A DNA stretch of 64,000 nt from an uncultured Hyphomicrobiales bacterium. GTDB taxonomy: Bacteria > Pseudomonadota > Alphaproteobacteria > Rhizobiales > Beijerinckiaceae. Shown piece after piece: positions 23,852-33,466 of this stretch; position 1 is the first letter of the stretch; each line of letters opens with the position of its first letter. Made by a program: the position numbers and the translations under genes. The notes under the pieces are model-generated. The model did no database searches. It was not told the DNA's origin and saw nothing but the letters and a program-made list of their open reading frames with translations. Location: assembly GCA_903861645.1 (NCBI GenBank), contig CAIOVE010000065.1, positions 138 to 64,137 of the forward strand. The letters are read 5' to 3'.

Positions 23852-24910
23852 ATGGACACGGCGCCACAGCTAGGCACGTCGGCGGAGTTGCCGGCCGATT
23901 ATCGCGCCCGCCTCGCCGACCTCCACGTATTGCCGGCCTGGACGCTGCTGCGCGCGGTCATGCCGGTCGGCGCCGCGGTCCAGAAGGCGGTCGCCTTTCA
24001 TTGGCCCTACGCCCGATTGCGCGAGGAATTGCTGCGCGCCGGCGATCTCGTGCCGGTCGAGAAGGCCGAGCGTCGCGTCCTCGCGCTGATCAATCCCGGC
24101 CTCAATCCCGATAGTCTGGCGACGCTGCCCTCGATCTTCTTCGGCCTGCAACTGATCAGGCCCGGCGAGCGCGCGCCCAACCACAAGCACATACCCGCCG
24201 CGGTCCGCGTGATCCTGGAGGGCTCGGGCGCCTATACGACCGTCGAGGGCGAGAAGCTCGCCATGGAGCCGGGCGATCTCATCCTGACGCCGCCCAACCA
24301 CTGGCATGACCACGGCCACGAGGGCCGGACGCCGATGATCTGGATGGACGTGCTCGACCATCCGCTCGCCGTGCCGCTCGATATTTCCTACGTCACGCCG
24401 GGCAAGCTCGCGACATTCGGCGAAAACACGCTCGACGCGGGCGACACCGCCTATCGCTGCGCGGGCGTCGCGCCCTACCGCCCCCTTGGCCACAAGCCGC
24501 CGGATTATCCGCTGCGGCGCTATCGCTGGTCGCGCGTGCGCGAGGCGCTCGCCGCGCTGGCGGAGGCGAACGATCCGACGACGCCGGTTCACCTGCGCTA
24601 CATCAATCCGGAAACCGGTGACACGGCGATCAGGACGCTCGATTTTTCCGCGCGCGAGTTGCGGCCCGGCGAAAGCGTCGCGATCCGGCGCTCGTCCGCC
24701 AATCGCATGTTCCTGACGCTGGAGGGCGAGGGCGTCATCGCCATCAACGGCGCCGAACACGCCTGCGCCCATGGCGACGCCGTCGCTGTTCCGACCTACG
24801 CGTCGGTGACGCTGACAAACGCCGCGGCGCGCGCGCCGTGGCGTCTGTTGCAGGTCGACGACACGCCGACCCAGACCAAGCTGGGTTTCTACGAGGAGCC
24901 GGCGGTCTAG
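23852..24910 (+). CDS. Bicupin ring-cleaving dioxygenase, gentisate 1,2-dioxygenase-like
   Basis: AERRVLALINPGL, HKHIPAAVRVILEG, WHDHGH, WMDVLD. Confidence 0.85.
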   Translation: MDTAPQLGTSAELPADYRARLADLHVLPAWTLLRAVMPVGAAVQKAVAFHWPYARLREELLRAGDLVPVEKAERRVLALINPGLNPDSLATLPSIFFGLQLIRPGERAPNHKHIPAAVRVILEGSGAYTTVEGEKLAMEPGDLILTPPNHWHDHGHEGRTPMIWMDVLDHPLAVPLDISYVTPGKLATFGENTLDAGDTAYRCAGVAPYRPLGHKPPDYPLRRYRWSRVREALAALAEANDPTTPVHLRYINPETGDTAIRTLDFSARELRPGESVAIRRSSANRMFLTLEGEGVIAINGAEHACAHGDAVAVPTYASVTLTNAAARAPWRLLQVDDTPTQTKLGFYEEPAV

Positions 24911-25761
24911 ATCACCACGACCTTCGCGCCCTTCTGGACGCGTTGATAGAGGTCCATGACATCGGCGTTGTTCATGCGAATGCAGCCTGATGACACCGCA
25001 TGGCCGATCGTGTCGGGCTCGTTGGTGCCGTGGATGCGGAACAGCGTGTCCTTGTTGCCCTGAAACAGATAGAGCGCGCGCGCGCCCAGCGGATTGTCGA
25101 GCCCGCCCTCCATGTGGCGCGGCAGATCCGGCCGGCGCAGCAGCATGTCGGAGGGCGGCGTCCAGCCGGGCCAGAAGGCCTTGCGGCCAATACGCGCCGA
25201 GCCTTTCCAGAGAAAGCCCTCGCGGCCGACGCCCACGCCATATTCGATCGCCTGACCATTGCCGAGCGACAGGTAGAGCTTGCGCGCGCCCGTGTTGATG
25301 GTGATCACACCCGCCGGCTGGCCCGTGGGGTCGGCGACCAGCCGCTTGACGGACTGCGTTTCATCAACCTCGGAATCGTAATCGACCCGCGTGGAATAGG
25401 CGGGGTCCGCGTCCGCCGGCAACGAGGCGACGCGCGTACCCGGTCGTGGCGCGAGAGTCATGGGCGCGCCGGCCCCGATGTCTTCGTCGTCGAGAGAGGC
25501 GTCGCGTCCGTCGCGCGCGCCGGGCGGCGGCAGCGGGCGCTGGCTGATGACGCCGCCGCGTGGATGCTGACGGGGCGCGGGATCGATATCCGCGTCGTCG
25601 TCCCATGGTTGCAAGGCGCCATTCGGCTGGTAGCCGCCCGGCGCCGCGCGATAACCGGGCGGCGGTTGCGTCGGATAGGGCGAATAGGTTTGCGCCGCGG
25701 AGGCGCCGACGGCGAAGGCGATGGCAAGCATCGTCAGGGGAATAACGCGGTAAATGGACAT
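24907..25761 (-). CDS. L,D-transpeptidase (ErfK/YbiS family)
   Basis: Signal peptide, YGVGVGREG, NPLGARALYL, RIHGTNEP...SSGCIRM. Confidence 0.93.
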   Translation of the reverse strand: MSIYRVIPLTMLAIAFAVGASAAQTYSPYPTQPPPGYRAAPGGYQPNGALQPWDDDADIDPAPRQHPRGGVISQRPLPPPGARDGRDASLDDEDIGAGAPMTLAPRPGTRVASLPADADPAYSTRVDYDSEVDETQSVKRLVADPTGQPAGVITINTGARKLYLSLGNGQAIEYGVGVGREGFLWKGSARIGRKAFWPGWTPPSDMLLRRPDLPRHMEGGLDNPLGARALYLFQGNKDTLFRIHGTNEPDTIGHAVSSGCIRMNNADVMDLYQRVQKGAKVVVI

Positions 25762-25887
25762 GATCCTCGATCCCGGACGCTCCGTCATGACCGGAGACCC
25801 GGCTTAGAGAACCAAAAGGCGGCGAAATCTTGAAGGGCGCGACGCGTGGCGGGCGCGCTTCATCACATTTCGGTTAGGTCGCGCGGA

Positions 25888-26928
25888 TCATTCCGCCGCG
25901 ACGCGCCTTTCATTGGCCTCTTCCTCCAGCTTGCGCCTGATGATGCGCCGCGCCGCCACGCCCGCGCGGTCGAAGGCGAGGCTGACCATCGGCGCGCCCG
26001 ACGTGTCGCTGTCGATGAGCGCCTGCTGCTGCTCGACGATCGCCGCGTCCTCGCGGAACGCCAGATCGATCATGCGCTGATAGGTGGCCTGAATGACGGG
26101 ATCGTCGAGCGCCCAGTCGCGCACGGTGAACCAGAAGTAATGGCACGTCGTGTCGGTCTCGGGCGTGAAGGCGTTGAGCACGATATGCGTCGGCTTGCCG
26201 AAGGGCTCGTCGGCGCCGGCGGCGCGCGCGCCCAGCGTCACCCAGCAATACATGGGCGCGCGGAACTCGAACAACTGCCAGCGATCGATCTTGTCGTGCA
26301 GGTTGCGTGCGGCCTTGTAGATTGGCGCGGTGTCGACGTTGTACATGTGACGCTGAGCGCGCACGACATCGTTCTCGACGGAGACCTCCAGCGGCGTTTC
26401 GGTGACGCCGCCGCCCGCCAGCGTCGTCTTGTGCACGAAGACGACATGCGTGAGATCGAGGATGTTGTCGATCATCAACTGGTAGTTGCCCTTGATGTGC
26501 AGATAACCCTTCACATGCGCCCAGTCGGGATGATCGGCCTGATGGAAGTCGGGGATCAGCGATTCATCGACGCGCTCGACCTCGCCCATCCAGATGAAAA
26601 TCATGTTGTGGCGCTCGACCGTCGGATAATGCCGCGCGCGGAAATGGCGGCCAACCGGCGTGTCGCCCGGCACGTGCGTGCAATCGCCGTTGCCGCCAAA
26701 ACGGATGCCATGATAGCCGCAGGCGAGATCGTCGCCGTGAATATCGCCGATGGAGAGCGGCGCCTTGCGATGTGGGCAGCGGTTGGTCAACGTGTGGACC
26801 GCGCCGCTCTTGCCGCGATAGACGACGACCGGCTCGTTGCAGATGACGCGCGCGAGCGGCCTGTCGCCGATCTCGTCGCTCATCGCCGCGACATACCACT
26901 GATTGCGCAAGAATGCTTCGCCGCCCAT
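25888..26928 (-). CDS. Rieske non-heme iron oxygenase, VanA/DdmC-like
   Basis: CPH...CGYH Rieske ligands, NILDLTHVVFVH mononuclear Fe motif, FREDAAIVEQQQ; RBS GGAGGAG. Confidence 0.9.
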   Translation of the reverse strand: MGGEAFLRNQWYVAAMSDEIGDRPLARVICNEPVVVYRGKSGAVHTLTNRCPHRKAPLSIGDIHGDDLACGYHGIRFGGNGDCTHVPGDTPVGRHFRARHYPTVERHNMIFIWMGEVERVDESLIPDFHQADHPDWAHVKGYLHIKGNYQLMIDNILDLTHVVFVHKTTLAGGGVTETPLEVSVENDVVRAQRHMYNVDTAPIYKAARNLHDKIDRWQLFEFRAPMYCWVTLGARAAGADEPFGKPTHIVLNAFTPETDTTCHYFWFTVRDWALDDPVIQATYQRMIDLAFREDAAIVEQQQALIDSDTSGAPMVSLAFDRAGVAARRIIRRKLEEEANERRVAAE

Positions 26929-27087
26929 GCGTCTCCTCCCACGGTGGATTCTGGGCGCGCGCCCACGTTCCTTGCGAGACAGGCTAATTCCCGACGCGGC
27001 AAACTTCAATCCGCGGTCGCGCGGTGAAGGGCGCTTGCTAGTCGCCCGCGGACCGGCCTAGTCTGCCCGGATAAACGGGAGGGAACC

Positions 27088-28446
27088 ATGGCCGAGTCAG
27101 CGCCGAGCTTCAACGCCGAGGAAGAGGCCGCCTTCAAGAAGGTCTCGCGCCGGATTCTCTGGTTCATCCTCCTGCTGGCGATCGTCAATTATCTCGATCG
27201 CACCAACGCCGGCTTCGCCCAGCTCACCATGGGCAAGGAACTCGGTATTTCCGCCTTCGTCTTTGGCTGGTCGGTGACGATATTTTCCATCGTCTACGCG
27301 GCGTTCGAGATTCCCAGCAATCTCGCCCTGCAGAAATTCGGCGCGCGCATCTGGCTCGCCCGCATCATGATCACCTGGGGCGTCGCGTCGGCGGGTTGCG
27401 CGCTGGCGATGGGCGCGTCGAGTTATCTGACGTTGCGCGGCCTTGTCGGCGCGGCGGAAGCGGGCTTCATTCCCGGCCTCGTGCTCTATCTGACCTACTG
27501 GTATCCGCAATATTATCGCGCCCGCGCGCAGGCGAGCTTCATGATCTCGCAACCCATAGCGATCGCCGGCGGCTCGATTGTGTCGGGCCTCATCCTGAAC
27601 AATCTCGATGGTTTCGGCGGGTTGTCGGGCTGGCGCTGGCTGTTCATCGTCGAGGGTCTGCCGGCGATCCTGCTTGGTGTGATGATCCTGTTCTATCTCT
27701 CCGACCGACCGTCGACGGCCCATTGGCTGACGCCGCGCGAGCGCGAGGTCATCGACGCCGCCGTGCGCCGAGAAGCCGAGCAGCGCGAGAAGACCGTGGC
27801 GTTCAAGAAGGGTTCGCTGCTGTCGATGCTGTTCAGCCGCGACATGCTGTTGATCTCGCTGGCCTACTTCACGCTCATCGGCAATTTTGGCTCGGGCGGC
27901 TACTGGACGCCGCAGATCGTGCGCGCGATCAGCCGTCCGGATCAGCCCTACTGGCTGACCGGCTTGCTGTCGGCGGGCCCCTATCTGCTGGCCATCGCGG
28001 CGATTCCCGCCTGGTCCACCTTTTCGGACCGGATCAAGGAACGCTACTGGTGCGCCATCATTCCGATGGCGATTGGCGGCGTGGGCTGGCTCGTCGCCGT
28101 GCTGGCGCCAACGGCGCAGACGCAATATCTCGGGCTGGTGATCGCGCAGCTTTTCACGCTGCCGGTCTGGTCGTTGTTCTTCACCATGCCCTCGTCGGTC
28201 CTGCCGCGCACGGCGCACGCGACGGGCATCGCCTTCATGAACACGATGGGCATGGTCGGCGCGTCGGTCGCGCCGCTGGTGATCGGCTATCTGCGCGACA
28301 CGACGGGCGGCTTCACGGCGCCCATGACGGTGATCGGCGCGTCGGTCATCGCCGGCGCAGCGGTCATGTTGCTGGTGCCACGCCACCTGCTGGTGGGCAC
28401 GGGCGAGAACCCCGCCGCGCGGGCGGCGCCCGCGGCCGGCGAATAG
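27088..28446 (+). CDS. MFS transporter, ACS family
   Basis: NYLDRTN, FEIPSN, GARIWLARIMITWG, AEAGFIPG, GWRWLFIVEGLPA. Confidence 0.93.
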   Translation: MAESAPSFNAEEEAAFKKVSRRILWFILLLAIVNYLDRTNAGFAQLTMGKELGISAFVFGWSVTIFSIVYAAFEIPSNLALQKFGARIWLARIMITWGVASAGCALAMGASSYLTLRGLVGAAEAGFIPGLVLYLTYWYPQYYRARAQASFMISQPIAIAGGSIVSGLILNNLDGFGGLSGWRWLFIVEGLPAILLGVMILFYLSDRPSTAHWLTPREREVIDAAVRREAEQREKTVAFKKGSLLSMLFSRDMLLISLAYFTLIGNFGSGGYWTPQIVRAISRPDQPYWLTGLLSAGPYLLAIAAIPAWSTFSDRIKERYWCAIIPMAIGGVGWLVAVLAPTAQTQYLGLVIAQLFTLPVWSLFFTMPSSVLPRTAHATGIAFMNTMGMVGASVAPLVIGYLRDTTGGFTAPMTVIGASVIAGAAVMLLVPRHLLVGTGENPAARAAPAAGE

Positions 28447-28447
28447 G

Positions 28448-29485
28448 TCAGGAGAAGGCGGCCCGCAGATCGAGCGTGTCCTTCACGCCCACGTCGGCGA
28501 AATGGTCGTGCAGCCACAGTCTGGCGGCCGCTCGGCCAATATCGCGCATGGCGACGATCGAGTCCCAGGAGGCGTCGAGCTTCGAGGCGGCGGAAAAAGC
28601 CTTCATCGGTTCGGCGCCATCGATGCGGTGCATGATCGGCCGCTTGTATTCGGGGGCGCCGAGCTTGCCCTCGTCGACGAGGCGCTGGACGAATTCCACC
28701 GCGCGGTATTCGCGCAGCAACGCGCCATTGAACGTGATCTCGTTCAGGCGGTTCTGGATTTCGGCGGCGGTTTTCGGCGTCTCCAGTCGCTCGACCGGAT
28801 TGATCTGGACGACGAGCACGTCGGGCGAGGCGGATTCGTAGAACAGCGGAAACAGCGGCGGGTTGCCCATGTAGCCGCCGTCCCAATGGGGCGCGCCGTC
28901 GATCTCGACCGCCTGAAAAACCATCGGCAGGCAGGCCGACGCCAGCACATGCTCGACGCGCAGATCCTTGCGCTCGAAGATGGCGATCTTGCCCGTGTGG
29001 ACATTGGTCGCCGAGATGAAAAGCTTGAGTTGGTCGCAGGCGCGGACCTTCTTGAAGTCGATCGCCTTTTCCAGCAGTTCGCGCAGCGGATTGACGTTGA
29101 GCGGATTGAACTCGTAGGGCGAGGCGTAATGCGTCAGCGCGTCCATCCAGAAATACATGGGCGACTTGTCGAAGCCGAATGGCTTGAAGAACTCATCGAA
29201 CGCGCTTGAGCGCCCGCCCGACAGCGAACCCGCGTCGCTGACGGCCTTCCAGAAATTGGTGAGATGGCGGCGGGCGCCCTCGCGCCCGCCCTCCAGATAA
29301 CCCTCGGCGTAGACGACGGCGTTCATCGCGCCGGCGCTCGCGCCCGTGATGGCCTCGACGTCGAGACGACCGTCCTCGAGAATATGATCGAGAACGCCCC
29401 AGGTGAAGGCGCCATGGGCGCCGCCGCCTTGCAGGGCGAGATTGATCTTCTTCTTGCCGTCCCAGTCGATGGCGGGCTTTTTCAT
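28448..29485 (-). CDS. Patatin-like phospholipase/esterase
   Basis: LQGGGAHGAF, GASAG, DGG motifs; start overlaps bdhA stop (TAATG). Confidence 0.9.
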   Translation of the reverse strand: MKKPAIDWDGKKKINLALQGGGAHGAFTWGVLDHILEDGRLDVEAITGASAGAMNAVVYAEGYLEGGREGARRHLTNFWKAVSDAGSLSGGRSSAFDEFFKPFGFDKSPMYFWMDALTHYASPYEFNPLNVNPLRELLEKAIDFKKVRACDQLKLFISATNVHTGKIAIFERKDLRVEHVLASACLPMVFQAVEIDGAPHWDGGYMGNPPLFPLFYESASPDVLVVQINPVERLETPKTAAEIQNRLNEITFNGALLREYRAVEFVQRLVDEGKLGAPEYKRPIMHRIDGAEPMKAFSAASKLDASWDSIVAMRDIGRAAARLWLHDHFADVGVKDTLDLRAAFS

Positions 29486-30270
29486 TATTCGGCGGTCCAG
29501 CCGCCGTCGATGGAGATATTCGCGCCGGTGATCTGCGCCGCCGCGTCCGAGCACAGGAACACCGCGAGCGCGGCGACCTGATCGACCGTGACGAATTCCT
29601 TGGTCGGCTGAGCGTGCAGCAGGACGTCGTTGATGACCTGCTCCTTCGTCAGATGGCGCGCGGCCATCGTGTCGGGGATCTGCTTTTCAACCAGCGGCGT
29701 CCAGACATAGCCGGGCGAGATGCAGTTCGACGTCACGCCGAACGTCGCGAGTTCCAGCGCCGCGGTCTTGCTGAGGCCGTCGAGGCCATGCTTGGCGGTG
29801 ACATAGGCCGACTTGAACGGCGAGGCGACCTTGGAGTGGGCCGAGGCGGTGTTGACGATCCGGCCCCATTTGCGCGCCTTCATGCCGGGCATCGCCGCGC
29901 GGATCGCGTGGAAGGCCGACGACAGGTTGATCGCGATGATCTGGTCCCATTTCTCGATGGGGAATTCCTCGATCGGCGCGACGAACTGAATGCCGGCGTT
30001 GTTGACGAGAATGTCGCAGGAGCCGAGCTCGTCCTCGGCGTGCTTGATCATGGCGGCGATTTCGGCGGGCTTAGACATGTCGGCGCCGTCATAAAGGCAC
30101 TTGACGCCAAAATCGGCCTCGATCTTCGCGCGCTCCGCCTCGACGGCGGCCGGATCGCCAAAGCCGTTGATCAGGATATTCGCGCCTTCGGCGGCCAGCG
30201 CGCGGGCGATGCACAGGCCAATGCCGCTTGTCGAACCGGTCACCACGGCGTTACGGGACTTGAGGCTCAT
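29485..30270 (-). CDS. bdhA: D-3-hydroxybutyrate dehydrogenase
   Basis: TGSTSGIG, NNAGIQFVAPIEEFP, SAYVTAKHG, PGYVWTPLV, QPTKEF. Confidence 0.93.
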   Translation of the reverse strand: MSLKSRNAVVTGSTSGIGLCIARALAAEGANILINGFGDPAAVEAERAKIEADFGVKCLYDGADMSKPAEIAAMIKHAEDELGSCDILVNNAGIQFVAPIEEFPIEKWDQIIAINLSSAFHAIRAAMPGMKARKWGRIVNTASAHSKVASPFKSAYVTAKHGLDGLSKTAALELATFGVTSNCISPGYVWTPLVEKQIPDTMAARHLTKEQVINDVLLHAQPTKEFVTVDQVAALAVFLCSDAAAQITGANISIDGGWTAE

Positions 30271-30398
30271 CTGGATCTCCCTGAACTGGCGGCCGGAGCC
30301 GATGCGGTTTCATACCGCGTCGCACAAAAAAAAGCGACCCGCCTTCCGGCGTCGACGACCGAAGGCGGCAATCCGCCTGATTCCGGAACAATCAATTT

Positions 30399-30426
30399 AC
30401 TAAAAGTGGTCATAAGAACTTTTAGT
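30399..30426. promoter_or_regulatory. AT-rich inverted repeat, candidate operator
   Basis: ACTAAAAGT-N10-ACTTTTAGT between divergent bdhA and the GGDEF/EAL gene. Confidence 0.5.
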
Positions 30427-32888
30427 TGAACGATTTAACGTTGCGGCAATGGTCGGAACGCATTTTCGGGTCCGTGATTTCAAGAGAGCCGCGTTTCATG
30501 CCGTCGCCATTCGACCGACTGTTGGACCTATTCTGGCGGACGCCCTTCCTCGGCGGCAAAAACGTCAACGTGGCCGCCGCCCAGCGCGACGAATTGCGCG
30601 CCCGGCAGCTTCAGGCCGTTCTGTCGCTCGCGCCCATCATGATGGCGGCGAATATCATCAATCTGGCGATCATCGATTTCCTGTTCTGGAATTCCGGCCA
30701 CCAGGTCTATCTGAGCCTCTGGACGTCGTTGCTGTTCGCCGTGCTGGGCGTCTGGGCGGTCAAGTGGCGGCGCGCGCGCGGGCGCGCGGAGCGACAGCGG
30801 GCCTCGCCGCGCGGCGTGCGTCTTTTGACCTTGAGCGCCGCCGTGTTCGGCGTGATCTGGGCGTCTCCGCTCATTGTCATGTTCGGCGATGTCGGCGAGG
30901 CGCGGCGCATTATCCTGGCCACCTGCGCAGCGGGCATGATCAGCGGCGGCGCCCTCGCCCTTGCCACCGTGTGGCAGGCGGCGTTGGTGTTCGCCCTCGC
31001 CATCGAACTGCCGACGGCCTGGCTGCTGATCGCCACCGGCGACCCCATGTATATAGGTCTGGCGGCCCTGTCCGCTTCCTTTGGCGCGCTCATCGCGAGC
31101 ACCGTGGTCGAGCGCGGCCGACGCTTCGCCGAGCAATTCGTCACTTCGTTGAACATGCGCGAACAGGGGCAGGTGATCAGCCTGCTGCTGAAGGAATTCG
31201 AGGAAAGCTCCAGCGACTGGCTGTGGGAGGTCGACGCGCGCGGCAAGTTGATTCGCGTCTCGCAGCGTCTCGCCTCCCTCGCGGGATCGACGATCGAAGG
31301 CCTCAACGGACGCTCGGCGATTGAATTTCTCGCGGGCGAACAACCACGGGGCAAGATCAGGCCCGATTCGCCCGTCGCCCGGCTGGGAGCCCATTTCCGC
31401 CGCAAGGAGCCCTTTCGCGATCTGATGCTGAATCCGCGGATCAATGGCGAGCATCGCTGGTGGTCGCTGTCGGCCAAGCCATTGTTCGACAACGAGGGCC
31501 AGTTCCTGGGCTATCGCGGCGTGGGCTCGGACGTGACGGAAGCCAAGCGCGCCGAGGATTCCATGACGCGCATGGCGAGCTACGACACGCTTACCGGCCT
31601 GCCCAATCGCACCCTTCTCAATCTGCGCATGACCAACCTGCTGGAGCGGCAAAATCGCGACGCCGGTCGTTTCGCCGTGCTCAGTCTCGATCTCGACCGG
31701 TTCAAGAACGTCAATGACACGCTCGGCCACGAGGTCGGCGACCGCCTGCTCGTCGAGGTCGCCCGGCGCATCGGCGCGGTGCTGCGCGCGCGCGACATCG
31801 CCGCCCGGTTTGGCGGCGATGAGTTCGTCATCCTGCAGGCCAATGTCAGTCAGCCTTCCGACGCGAGCGCGCTCGCCCGGCGCGTGATCGATTCGCTAGG
31901 CGCCCCCTACGATATCGAGGGGCACCGCATTCTCGTGGGCGCGAGCGTTGGCGTCGCGATGGCGCCCGATCACGGTGAAACGGCCGAGGAACTGCTGCGC
32001 AATTCCGATCTCGCCCTCTACAGGGCCAAGGCCGACGGCAAGGGGCGGCATCGCTTCTTCGCGCCGTCGATGAACACCATCATGCAATCGCGTCGCCTGC
32101 TCGAGGTCGATCTGCGCGAGGCCATCGATGCCGGCAAGCTGGAGGTCTATTTCCAGCCGCTGATCGATATTTACAGCGGGCGGATCAGCGCCTGCGAGGC
32201 GCTCGTGCGCTGGGACCATCCCGTCAAGGGCTTCGTGCCGCCCGTCGACTTCATTCCGCTCGCGGAAGAGACGGGGCTGGTCGTCGCCCTCGGCGAATTC
32301 GTGTTGCGCAAGGCCTGCGCCGAGGCGGCGAGCTGGACGCGCGATATTCGCGTGGCCGTCAATCTCTCGTCGGTGCAATTCCGCGCCGGCAATCTCGTGT
32401 CGCTGGTGAACGGCGTGCTCGCCGAAACGGGCCTCGCGCCCGAGCGTCTCGAACTCGAAATCACCGAATCGATTCTCATCGAGGATCGCGACGACGCGCT
32501 CGCGACCCTTTCGGCCTTGCGCGAACGGGGCGTGCGGATCGCGCTGGACGATTTCGGCACGGGCTATTCCTCGCTCGCCTATCTGTCGAGCTTCCCGTTC
32601 GACAAGATCAAGATCGACCAGTCCTTCGTGCGCGACGTGGCGGTCCGCAAGGATTCGGCGGCGATCATTCGCGCGATCACGAGCCTCGCGGATACCCTGG
32701 GCATGTGCACCACGGCGGAGGGCGTCGAGAACATGGAGGAGCTCAACTGGCTGCGCTCGCAGGGGTGCGGCGAGGCGCAAGGGTTCCTGTTCAGCCGGCC
32801 CATGCCGGCGAGCGATTTGAAGTCCTTGCTGGGCCTGGCTGGCAGCGCGCCGCCCGAACTCGTGACACCCCACGAAATCGCCGCCTGA
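30426..32888 (+). CDS. Membrane-bound PAS-GGDEF-EAL protein
   Basis: Several TM helices, SSDWLWE PAS, RFGGDEF with RARD I-site, EAL, DDFGTGYSSL, AEGVE; start TTG 30426 or ATG 30498. Confidence 0.92.
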   Translation: MNDLTLRQWSERIFGSVISREPRFMPSPFDRLLDLFWRTPFLGGKNVNVAAAQRDELRARQLQAVLSLAPIMMAANIINLAIIDFLFWNSGHQVYLSLWTSLLFAVLGVWAVKWRRARGRAERQRASPRGVRLLTLSAAVFGVIWASPLIVMFGDVGEARRIILATCAAGMISGGALALATVWQAALVFALAIELPTAWLLIATGDPMYIGLAALSASFGALIASTVVERGRRFAEQFVTSLNMREQGQVISLLLKEFEESSSDWLWEVDARGKLIRVSQRLASLAGSTIEGLNGRSAIEFLAGEQPRGKIRPDSPVARLGAHFRRKEPFRDLMLNPRINGEHRWWSLSAKPLFDNEGQFLGYRGVGSDVTEAKRAEDSMTRMASYDTLTGLPNRTLLNLRMTNLLERQNRDAGRFAVLSLDLDRFKNVNDTLGHEVGDRLLVEVARRIGAVLRARDIAARFGGDEFVILQANVSQPSDASALARRVIDSLGAPYDIEGHRILVGASVGVAMAPDHGETAEELLRNSDLALYRAKADGKGRHRFFAPSMNTIMQSRRLLEVDLREAIDAGKLEVYFQPLIDIYSGRISACEALVRWDHPVKGFVPPVDFIPLAEETGLVVALGEFVLRKACAEAASWTRDIRVAVNLSSVQFRAGNLVSLVNGVLAETGLAPERLELEITESILIEDRDDALATLSALRERGVRIALDDFGTGYSSLAYLSSFPFDKIKIDQSFVRDVAVRKDSAAIIRAITSLADTLGMCTTAEGVENMEELNWLRSQGCGEAQGFLFSRPMPASDLKSLLGLAGSAPPELVTPHEIAA

Positions 32889-32947
32889 GGCCGGGAACCA
32901 TCGATTCGCGGTGGCGGCGACCGCCCCGAATGGAATAGGATGCGCGC

Positions 32948-33436
32948 GTGAGCACGACCCGCGCCCCCACTGGCAAGCCGACCGCCGCGCCCCGCGATCA
33001 TTCGCATTGCGCGCATGATCCCGCGCGCGCCCATCATGGCCATGGCCTGAGCCTGACCCATTCGCGCCAACGGATCCTCGACGAACTCTGCGCGGCGGGT
33101 CGCCCGGTTGGCGCCTATGAAATGATTGACATTCTCGCCGAACGCTCGGGCAAGCGACCGGCGCCGATCTCGGTCTATCGCGCGCTCGATTTTCTCGTCG
33201 ACAACGGACTTGTGCACAGGCTCGCGTCCCGCAACGCCTTTCTCGCCTGCGCCCACGGGCACGGCGAACGCGAGGCCGTCGTTTTCCTGATTTGCGACCA
33301 GTGCGGTTCGGTGGAGGAAGCGGTCTCCAACGCCGTCAACAGCGGGCTCGCCGGCGTGGCCGCGCAAACCGGCTTCGCCGTGCGGTCCCGCGTCATCGAA
33401 ATCGCTGGACAGTGCCGCGCGTGCGCGGCCGCGTGA
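32948..33436 (+). CDS. zur: Fur-family regulator, Zur-like
   Basis: His-rich N-terminus, GAYEM, SVYRALDFL, HRLASRNAFLAC, CDQC and CRAC. Confidence 0.75.
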   Translation: MSTTRAPTGKPTAAPRDHSHCAHDPARAHHGHGLSLTHSRQRILDELCAAGRPVGAYEMIDILAERSGKRPAPISVYRALDFLVDNGLVHRLASRNAFLACAHGHGEREAVVFLICDQCGSVEEAVSNAVNSGLAGVAAQTGFAVRSRVIEIAGQCRACAAA

Positions 33437-33466
33437 CCATCGCCCGGCTCGCCACCGCGAGGCGTT

